A DNA stretch of 63,450 nucleotides, filler included, from Bipalium vagum (Eukaryota), in assembly GCA_037834085.1 (NCBI GenBank). It is 3 parts of 3 records of this genome, joined end to end, with 100 filler letters (N's around TTAATTAATTAA, not from the genome) between each part and the next. Parts side by side here need not be neighbours in the genome. Positions count along the whole stretch, not along the records: positions 47,862 to 63,450 come from JBBMKC010157891.1; 2 more parts are not named here. One strand, written 5' to 3'. Below the pieces are notes generated by a model that was not told the DNA's origin, ran no database searches, and saw only the letters and a program-made list of their open reading frames with translations. A program made the position numbers and the translations under genes. Shown here piece after piece: positions 53,101 through 63,450 of this stretch. Each line of letters begins with the position of its first letter. Within the stretch, counting starts at the first letter, position 1.

Positions 53101-54143
53101 AGATCAATTTAATATTACAATACAATTTTGAAAATGCATCGACAGATTGAATTGATTTTATTTTGTATCGACAGATTAAATTGATTACATTTTCATATAA
53201 TTATTCAAATTTTAAATACAATTTAAGACATTTTGTTATAATTAGTCAATAAATAAACCCAACGAATTCAATATTTTTCGATGAAATAGCTTAATTTACT
53301 AAAATGGGAATGTTCATTTAGTTGGTCAATCAAAATTTGATTTTGTAATCACAATTTTGCGTTGAATGCAAACAATTAATGAAATTAACAAAAATGAAGA
53401 ACTCAACAGATGGATTAGTATGATAATGCACGAAATCATCTCTAAGCATTGGGACAAACTTTTGGTTGACTAATTTCAAAATTGGATTGAAAAATATTAT
53501 CAATCTATTTATTTGTGATCAACTGGAAGTTTGTATTATCGAATGAAAAGTCAATTATGCATCTCAGTTCCAGTTTTCATAAAGTTGAGATATTTTTTCA
53601 TCGACAATATTAAATTGCATTATACCAATAACTCTATTCGACTTTGAGGAATGTGAGGAATGAAGTGAAAACTCAATTTTAATGTAAAGTCACATCTTGG
53701 GAAAGGTCAAAGAGAACAGATTTGAGCATTATCAATTGCAGATACTTCAACAAATCTTTTTGTATGATTTTGTCAAACCATTAAAGATAAGAAGAGAGAA
53801 ACTATTTTGCCTATCGGAAAAAAATTCAGAAAAAACCTCATAGATGCTTGCTTTAAACTACGTGCATCATCCTTAACTCATAAATATAATTTCGTGCAAT
53901 CTGAAACGGAAGTGCATACTCAACACGTAGAAAGTTATGAAAATGTGATAAAACTGCTTATCGAAAATGACAAAAAAGATTCATTTCTCTTTGAACTCGT
54001 TTGGCTGGATACCTTCAAAGAAAAATCTTTTGAATAAATATTGGAATTACTAAAATATGAAAATGTATCGCCAGATGAATTGTACCAATTTTGTATCGTC
54101 AGATTAAATTGAATACATTTGTATCGTAATATTAAATTGATCC
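53101..54143 (+). mobile_element. Merlin/IS1016-like element with TIRs and subterminal repeats
   Basis: TIRs agatcaatttaatattacaatacaa / ttgtatcgtaatattaaattgatcc (23/25 match). Motifs KSHLGK and LTHKYNFVQSETEVHTQHVESY. The repeat tgtatcgNcagattaaattga occurs near both ends. Confidence 0.8.
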
Positions 54144-56254
54144 TACATCAGTGAAAATCAGGTTTTGAAGAAAATATGGGTTATTATCGATTTTATTAAT
54201 TAGGTTAGGAGGGTAACGAAAAATAATATATTAGTGGCTTTTCCCAACAAATAAATCGAATATGAAGCGAACACATCAACTCTTGACATCTATAGAGCAA
54301 CAAACATGGTTTCAGGGCGTATTTCTGAAGAGTACAGTCCGAGATGGTTTAAAATATTTCATGACCTTATTACAAGCTGCAGGGAATGTGACAGGAACGT
54401 ATTTTCAATAAATGTACTTAAATATAAGTTCATATTTAATAGTTGTATTTATTACACACCAGTTATCCTTTCCTAAGTACACAGCGCTTAATAACGATTT
54501 ATTATTCATAATATTAAAACAACACTGTGAAATCAGGAATGAATAATATTTTTTTCACTAATATTTTTCATCATATTTTCATTAATGAAAATTAATAAGT
54601 TATCGTATATATTTCCAGACTCGGAATTATAATTTGAGACTAGTAAGTTTCTGAAAATAAACAAAAAATATTACGAATTCAATTTAGTAATAATAATATT
54701 ATTTTTAAAATAAAATATGTAAATTTTATAAAAATAATAATAATAATAATTATTATTATAAAAAATATTATTATTAATATGATTATTAATATTAAGATTA
54801 ATATTATGCTATTTATTGCTAATAGTGATGGTAACATTACTGATAATGGTATTAATTAGAATTATTTTCACTTTTTAATTAATACATTTATCAATAAATG
54901 CGAATAAAATATCAATTTGTAAATGACGATTTGCTCTTTCGTTTTGCTGTTGATTTTTGAATTTTTGTTAAATTGACATTTTTGTTTTAATGGACAGTAG
55001 CAGGAAATGTTTTCATCATCAACCTGATTTTATTTTTCCAACTGGAGAGTGATCGATAATGGACTGTTTTACTACTTTTAATTATTATCCATAATTGCAG
55101 GATATGGACTGTAATGAATATTGGGCATGATCAAAAATGAAAGGAATATCATTCAAACAATTTTCCATACCACTGATGGGTGTTCATATCTTTCCAGCTG
55201 CTGTCATTTGTCCCTGGGTACATATAATGAGTGGTTTCCAATTCTGAATGCGTTCAAATGCAGTGCTGCTTCACATTGAGTGCCAAGAAAATAATTCTCC
55301 AAGTTTTTGCGAAATAAAAATGAATCGTTTAATATATAAAATAATATTTTTATTCTGAATATTAAGGTTGAGTCAAATATTTTTTAATTAAAATAATGAT
55401 AATATAAAATAATGTAATTCATTTTTATTATATTATTTTAAATTGATAGAAAGAAGTGAAAAGAGGAGTAAGATCAGACCACGGGGATTTTTATTTAAAA
55501 AATCAATTAAAATTATTATGCTAAATTATTATTATTATTAAATTATTACGCTAAAGATTTTAATAATATTATAAATAATAAAATAATAATAAATTTAAAC
55601 AAATTAAACTATTATTTTAAAAAGAAGAAAAATTAATAATAATAAAATCTTATGGACTTTAAACCTATTTATGTTGATATGACAACCGCACCATTTCTCG
55701 TGAGTCAATTATGAAAGTCATTACAGAAAGTAATGTCACTGTTAAAGTTAAAACAAATAAATTAGAAAAGATACATGTAGGTAGATAATCTTTTATAATT
55801 TGCTTAATTATACAATTTCATCTACTATTGAACCGTGTTGATATGGAAATGTCTTCAAAAGTGCTCGGTATTAATATCAATGGAATTTCTCTACTGAGAC
55901 CTGAATAAAGATAAATTAATCAGAATTAAATTCTGCTGTTCTGTATTCATAACCAAAGGGGGGGGGGGTCGAATAATGAGTTTTCATATTGTATAGTTTG
56001 ATGGAAGAGGCAAAAATCTAGGAGACTTCAAAATGTCGGAGAGGCAACTTCATGAAAAGTGTTCCCATTATTTTCCCAACAGACATCAAATTGCTTTCCA
56101 TTTTGGACTTGTGATTGTCACTATTACTTTAGATTTTTCTGTTATTGGCATTTAATTAAACAACAAATAATATTTCATCAAATATTTATAAATAAGAAAA
56201 AAAATTAGAGAAGAAACAAAGAAAAGAAGAAATATTGAAAATAAAAAATTATGA

Positions 56255-56820
56255 GGTCATTAAGTTTGAAATGTCGGATTTGCAAATTCCAAAGTTTGAC
56301 ATTTGATATTTTAAATAATTTAACGCGAAAGTTATTTGTTTTTGTTTTACTGCGTAAATAGGTAATTACTTTTTATAGCGCATATTTAAATATCTGATTA
56401 TTTTATAAATTTGGATTCTTAGAGCAACTTTTCTAAACAGTGGATATTTCAAAAATTCGTCTCACTTTTGAATACGAGTTCCGTCGTTAAACTAATTCAA
56501 GTTAAACTATTCGAAATATGAGTGATGTGTTTGGGTACAAGGTCGACCATGAACGAATGGTGCAGCGAAGGTTTCAGAATTTCCATGCAGGAAATTTGGT
56601 TTCAAACTATGCCACGTGATGGACTTGAGACGATGGTGAATCAAGACGATCTGAAAGCTGTAGTGAAGAATAATCCATCTCTCAGTACTCAGACGTTAGT
56701 CTTGATATTCAATGTCTCCATCCCCACAATAATTTGAGCAATGGGTACCTCACATATTATGCGAATATCAGAAAAAAATTGTATTCAAGCGTGTCTTTCT
56801 TTTTTGTTATGCCTGAAAGG
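56255..56820 (+). mobile_element. Mariner 5' fragment
   Basis: DISKIRLTFEYEFRR...DVFG...ERMVQRRFQNFHAGN, DDLKAVVKNNPSLST and QWVPHIL. Confidence 0.75.
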
Positions 56821-58920
56821 GGAACAATAAATATATATATAGGGGAAAAAATATAAAAATAATTAAAAGATAATAAAAATATTAAAAGTAATAAAAATAT
56901 TAAAAGTAATAAAAATAATAAAAATATTAAAAGTAATANNNNNNNNNNNNNNNNNNNNNNNNNNNNNNNNNNNNNNNNNNNNNNNNNNNNNNNNNNNNNN
57001 NNNNNNNNNNNNNNNNNNNNNNNNNNNNNNNNNNNNNNNNNNNNNNNNNNNNNNNNNNNNNNNNNNNNNNNNNNNNNNNNNNNNNNNNNNNNNNNNNNNN
57101 NNNNNNNNNNNNNNNNNNNNNNNNNNNNNNNNNNNNNNNNNNNNNNNNNNNNNNNNNNNNNNNNNNNNNNNNNNNNNNNNNNNNNNNNNNNNNNNNNNNN
57201 NNNNNNNNNNNNNNNNNNNNNNAAATAAATATTCAATTTTCTAAAAATGCTTTGAATTATTTTCCAATAATTCTCTATAAAACAGGAAAATAATAAAAGA
57301 TTCTAAATAAAAAGAAAACAAATTAAAAAAAAATAAAATTATTCTGAAAAAAATCTCGATTTTCACCGAAATTTTTACCTACCATCGGCGTTGAGAGAAA
57401 TTATCCAAAATTGATAATAATAAAATTTTGATAATAAAAATTGCAAAATTAAAAATTTAATTACTGAGATCAAGATGGAAATTGATACAGAATGATCGAT
57501 TAAATATCAAAAAGAGAGTATCAATCGATAATTAACATTTTCCTTCTGAAAATTATATTTTTCTTCGGAAACGAAAACCGTTCTAAATATAATTCCATTA
57601 ACTCTTCCAACCGTTTCGCATTAGCATAATTAATACCCATTTCTATTAATTATTACTGAAAGTCATTATTTATTTATTTATTTTATTATGTTATCTTGTA
57701 ATTTAGATTTTAGAACGAATTTTGCCAATTACTCATTATTATTTATAAATAATTCAATGCTTCCATCAGCAAGAACGATTCTGTGGCCGGGGTCACTGCA
57801 TATCCGAGGCATGGAGCAGAATGTCCTCTGCACCTCTCGTCTGACGGTGGAAATTTTGTCCAACTTGTACAACGATAAATATCTCTCTGGAAATAATAAT
57901 TATATTATTTTACTTTTATTCTTTCTTTCTGGGGCACTGGTGAATAATTTCTTCTCTTTTCTTTATTGATTATTTTAATTTTTGGAATTATAAAAATTTT
58001 ATTACGTTTTTTCGATTTAATATACAAGATATTGAATTTTGAAGTTTTTAAAAATATTATTCATTAAAAAATATTTAATTATTATATTGTTATTTTNNNN
58101 NNNNNNNNNNNNNNNNNNNNNNNNNNNNNNNNNNNNNNNNNNNNNNNNNNNNNNNNNNNNNNNNNNNNNNNNNNNNNNNNNNNNNNNNNNNNNNNNNNNN
58201 NNNNNNNNNNNNNNNNNNNNNNNNNNNNNNNNNNNNNNNNNNNNNNNNNNNNNNNNNNNNNNNNNNNNNNNNNNNNNNNNNNNNNNNNNNNNNNNNNNNN
58301 AATTATAATTAATTTAAAAATTAATGTATTTAAACAAAGTTGAAAAAAAGTTATGCTTATAACTTTATAATTTTTATTTAAAATTAGTAACAGTTGGAAA
58401 GTTTCTTTTAAATATCCTCATGAAAACGATATATTGATTGAATGTCTCAAGAATGAAATATTAATTGTAGGGTTTCATTTTACCATTTTAAAACAAATTA
58501 TTACAGAGAATTAAAAATTAATATTAAAGTGTAAATATTGATAATTTTTATATTATGTCAGTAAATGTTTATTTAGAATTTGATTTTTTGAGTTTTGACG
58601 TAAAACAATAAAAAATAATTTTAATAATAATAAAAAAATTATGAGGTTAGAAATAATAATCAATAAAATAATAATTTGAAAAAAAAACATTTTGGAGTAC
58701 TTTATTTTAAGAAAGATCTTTAAAATCAAAATTTTTTAAACTCAAATATATTGGGTAGTCTAAATAATTTCCGTCGATTTTGTTAATAGATGGTGAAAAT
58801 GTTCTTTGTGTAGTTTGATTGAAATTGACTTTGTTTTAATATATCATTTAGACAACCAAATATTAAAAAGTGGAGATCAAAATAACATTTGAACCAAAGA
58901 AAAGTAATTATAAAACATAT

Positions 58921-59490
58921 ATTGGGTTGACAAACAAGTCCATTCGTTTTTTATGGAAACATAAAACGTGAGAACATTTATCTATAAAATCAATTTTAAT
59001 CCAACATATATTCTCCACTTTAATTAATGATCTTCTTCCACCATTGTACTTATTTCATTGTACCTCGATCGTAGAACTCCTGGAGTGGTTTTTCAAAGAT
59101 GAGTCAAAATGTGTTTTTAGTGAATCGTCGTGACTGATGGATTTCCCGAAAAAAGGATATAAAAAGGAATAAGTCTGTGATGAAGCATGAAAGTTTCCAA
59201 ATGAGAAGCTTTGTCCAATTACTTCCTGTGATTTAAAATGTAGATAGGTACTGAATCAATATAATAATCTACTTCATGTCGTCTTAAGAATAAAGTCCCT
59301 GAAAATGGCAGGTGTTAAAATATGAAGGATAAAAGGTCAATAAATGTAATAGAATTCGTCTAAATTTAGTCTACAACATTCTCATTGATCATAAAACCTG
59401 GATTTATTCGTACAAGCCTGAAAGTGAACAGTAATCCAAAACTTGGTTATTTAAAGATAAGTCGAAAACAGCCAAAGTCCGATTATTTGT
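58921..59490. mobile_element. Mariner fragments (3' end on minus 58921-59215; internal piece on plus ~59290-59490)
   Basis: TIR attgggttgacaaacaagtccattcgtttt. Minus strand KPLQEFYDRG...WWKKII. Plus strand KTWIYSYKPESEQ*SKTWL. Confidence 0.6.
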
Positions 59491-60264
59491 GTCATTGGGA
59501 TAATGGGAACCACGGTGGCAGTAAATTCTTAAAATCGATAAATGGTAAGGAAAATTGTATTGCAATACAATATCAATAATAAATAAATAAAATTTTTCAA
59601 GAACAAAGAAAATGATTAATAAATAATAATCTTTTAAAAATAAAAGTGTTCCTATATTTTAAAACAGTAATAAATTGTTTCGTATCTCTTCAGACACAAA
59701 AGAGAAGTTTCATTTAAATCTTAATAACAAAAAACGACCTATTTTATGGGTCAACAAAATAAGGATGATGATTGTGCTCGTTTCGATTTGTTTTAATCGT
59801 CTCTCGTATTATTTTACTGTACTCGTTTTTATAATAGAAGTTCACGATCAATACTGCGTTGATCCCGGTTTGACAAATGGAGAGGAAAACATTTGAAAAA
59901 CGTTATATAAATATTTTCTGTTTTGATTTTGTCAATTTTCTCCGAGAAAAGAAAATGGTAATTAAAAGAGAAATTTAATGTTCAGTTAAAAAATTTTAAT
60001 CCATAACAATTTTTAATAATATAATTATTTTTCCAGCGAATATTTCTCACGTTTATTTATGATCAAATGAACATGATATGAGATTAAGAGGGATTACGGG
60101 GGAATTGATCTCGCAAAACTCAAGTTGAAAGGCAAATATTTCAGATCTCAATCAACATCGACTGACGAATTCTCCAAATATTCCATTTTCATAACAAATA
60201 AATAAATAAAAGATACCACCAAATCGTGAACAAAATCGAAGCGGAATGAGCTCACCCGACAGTA

Positions 60265-61080
60265 TTATAGGTAAACGTAACACCAGGTTGTCATTTTTAT
60301 GTGGGATTGTTTGATAAAATTTTATAAGCAAAAGAATGTTCTTTTTTTCAAATGTTTTTCAAAGTGTTTTTATTCATTAAAATAGTTACCATGAGTATCT
60401 ACGGAGTTATCTATCGATTATTTGTCGAGTCACATCTTGGTGTGACCGATCCCTTTCGAGGTGGATAGATTTATTGTCTGAAAGTTGTCAAACAGTATTA
60501 TACAAGTTTATTTCCGCGTTTTTATAAAGTTTTATGTTATTTCGATAAATCAATATTTTTGTTTAATTAACTTTGCTTTATTATTTTCTCCATGTTATCA
60601 GATTTCTATACATAAATAATAGTTTTCATATAATTGTATATAATACTTTAATTGTAACATTAAAGATGTCAACTTTTGTGCCGGTAAAACGTCATTTGCG
60701 GGAAGCTTTACTTTTCTTTCATCTCAAGAAGAAGACTACTGACGCGCACCAAATGCTCGCAAAAAGCTTAAAGCGATGCTGCTCCATCCATAAGAACCTG
60801 CTAAGAATGTTTTCAGCATTTCAAGTAAATAAACTTGTACAAAACCTAACTGTTTTGACCTAGTGTTAATAAGCTTATTCAACTTTCAGACAATAAATCC
60901 ATCCAATTTGAAATGGATCCGTCTCTTTTTGAACGGAAAAATGATTGTAATGCACACCCCCTTCTCCGTCTTAATGATTTTTCATTCAAAACATGTTGCA
61001 CCGACCGGAACAGGTAAAAATCTGATGGAGAAATGCATGAATGTATCAAAGCGCGCAACCAAATTTTCACCAATCTAATT
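60265..61080. mobile_element. Mos1-like mariner 5' fragment (+) abutting a mariner 3' fragment (-)
   Basis: MSTFVPVKRHLREALLFFHLKKKTTDAHQML closely resembles the Mos1 N-terminus. The minus strand reads ISPSDFYLFRSVQHVL. Confidence 0.75.
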
Positions 61081-61500
61081 CAGTTAATTTAAAAAAATTT
61101 GAATTTGACGTTTTCGTGCAGTAGAATGAAACTTTTCTTGTTAGCTAGTACCGAACGTGAGTCTTTTAATTTTTGAGTCTTGGACATGTAATAAAAGCAG
61201 CTGTTGAAATCTTACCTAAATTCCCGACATTGTACGAGCCTGAGATTTTGAAGCTATCATAGATGACAGATGATTATTGACAACTATACACACCAAATAA
61301 TCAATTAATGTTTGAACAAAAACATTAAAATTTACAAATCTATTTTGTTTTAATTAAAGGAAATATTAAATTATTAATAATTTATTCTTTAATTTTAATC
61401 GATGTTTGATTGGACTTTTATAATAATAATTAATAATTTATTAAATAAATAATAATAATAAAAATATGATTATAATAAAAGTTTAAAAAAATGATAATAG

Positions 61501-62095
61501 TATTAGGTTGTAAAGAAATAAATGGCGGTTTTTAACAACTAACTTTAAAGGAACACATGACAGCATAAACAAAGTTTTATTTATCAAAATAGAATCCGCC
61601 AGACTGTACACACTTCTCCCAACGAGTGATAAGCTTGTATCAAATCCTTGGAACTCCACCAAACAGTAATCAATACTTTCCGTTGGTGCACATTTGGTTT
61701 CGGAAAGGGTACATGATCCATTTCTCATCATATGTCACAATGCGATCGAGAAAAGGATCAGTTTTGTTGCGTAAAAGAAGTGCGTATGACACCTCAAAAC
61801 GACATAATTTTTGCTTTTCGATTAAATTGTGCGGAATCCATTTTTCCAATTTCTTTGACTTTCCTATTTGGCGAAGATGGTTCGAAACAGTCATAGCTGA
61901 AACGCCTACCTAACGGCTAATTTCTCGAACAGTGGAACGTCTGTCGCTCTCAACCAGTGCTTTTAAATCGTCATTGGAGATGGAAGATCTTCGCCCACGA
62001 CCATCTTTATCTTGAATGTCTTCATCTCCATCCTTAAATCTCTACGTTCGCTAGTGGTACCTTCTCCTAAAATGCGATTGATATTTCGAGCATAT
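61501..62095 (-). mobile_element. Internally deleted mariner
   Basis: TVSNHLRQIGKSKKLEKWIPHNL...PFLDRIVTYDEKWIMY fused to C-terminal LITRWEKCVQSGGFYFD. TIR ttaggttgtaaagaaataaatggcggtttt. Confidence 0.85.
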
Positions 62096-63450
62096 AATAA
62101 TTATAAAAAATAACAATAAAAATAATCACCAATAGTAATAAAGTTAATAATAATTATAAATAAAAAATAATAATACACCAATATAAAATTATGTATATTA
62201 AAATTTAGATATAAAAATAATGAAAAAATTTTTGAAGTAAGTCCCAGTAAAATGTCAGTGAATGTTTATTGTCTAAAATGAGAGCTTTTGCATCTGAAAG
62301 AAATAATATTATTATGATGAATAATTATTATTATTATATTAATACTTATTATGAATATGAATGTCATTATAACAGGGTAAATAATTTATATTCGATTAAA
62401 TGAGAAAAGAAAAAATGGTCTTAAATAAAATTGTTCAATTTAATGTAGAATGAATTTTATAATTATTTATCCAATGAATAAAATCATAATTAATAATCGA
62501 TTATTATTATAATATAAAATAAATCAACTTAAATCATGTTCCAAGGAAGTTTCTCAATGTAAAGCTTCATTAGACCATTCAAAACGTTCTTCATGAATCT
62601 GTTGATGATGGAAAGCAATAAAAAATTAATAATAAAGTTCCACTAAAATGATTTAAGAATAAAAAATAATAATTTTAAAAAAAATTAATGATTAAAACAA
62701 AATTTATAGTTTAAGCACAAATTAATAATTTAAACAAAAAATTAATAATTTTATAATTAAATTAATAATAAAAAACTACTTAATATTTTTATTTAAAATA
62801 TTTAATGAAAAGAAAATCTGTCCAACTGTCTTTCGCCTCCAAATCCGCCCTTTTCAATGTGGGCCAAGCGACCAGGTCTTGGATGTCTTGAAACGATTTC
62901 GTGGAAATGACCATTTTGTAGGAATAAAGACTTTTGAATGACATCTCGTCCGAAACAATGATTGTGGAAATTAAATATTAATTAAAACACTCAACCAAAA
63001 ATCCATTAACTTCACTTTGCATTGCAAATTTTTTTACCCAATATATTTCGTCAATGGCCAGCTGGAGCTCCTTTGTGTTTCATTAGTTATTTTGATCAAT
63101 TATTAATAAATAATTAAATAATTATTAATTTCTTATAACTTTTAACAATATTAATTATATTATTATTATATGTAAAATATATATTATTTAATATTTGAGC
63201 ATTTTCTATTAATATTTCATCTTAATTTTTAGGCCAAACCACCGACGATTTTGTTGGTTGAACTTTATTATTAAAAAATATTAAATTTTATTAAAATTAT
63301 TAAATTTTATGCTGATTTTATTATTATCATTATTTTTATATTTATTATTATTTTTTATTATCATTATTAATAATATTAACATTTATTTAATAAAAATAAT
63401 TTTGAGTTTTTTCTTCAGGATACAGTAGATCTGCATGGATCTTTAAGCTC

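Noticed and set aside
55255-55315. Minus-strand FAKTWRIIF resembling class C GPCR TM3
   Set aside because: An in-frame stop follows within about 10 codons, with no splice sites or other GPCR exons.

Overview
This is AT-rich eukaryotic (animal) draft-genome DNA, not prokaryotic. It has GT-AG introns of mostly 40-60 nt, (ATT)n/(AAT)n microsatellites, N-gaps and scaffold linkers. The style resembles an AT-rich invertebrate such as a planarian-type flatworm, but the organism cannot be fixed from sequence alone. Most ORFs in the supplied track are exon fragments, transposon debris or low-complexity artefacts. Four spliced host genes could be reconstructed by hand: (1) the first two coding exons of an L-type Ca2+ channel alpha-1 subunit (Cav1, minus strand, continuing leftwards); (2) a complete 6-exon LARP6-like gene that appears to carry two tandem La modules; (3) a complete 8-exon stomatin-like 2 gene; (4) the last four exons of an uncharacterised C2-like-domain protein. 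The rest is dense with decayed DNA transposons (many mariner, plus Tc1/IS630, pogo/Tigger and Merlin). It also holds several hairpin-rich LTR-like units, one a clean solo LTR with an ATAT target-site duplication. The most unusual locus is about 38.9-41.6 kb. There a second copy of that LTR family abuts a disrupted ~600-codon antisense ORF with no recognisable gag/pol/env motifs but a PPPPPY (PPxY) motif. Exon boundaries were counted by hand, and transposon boundaries are approximate unless a terminal repeat is quoted.
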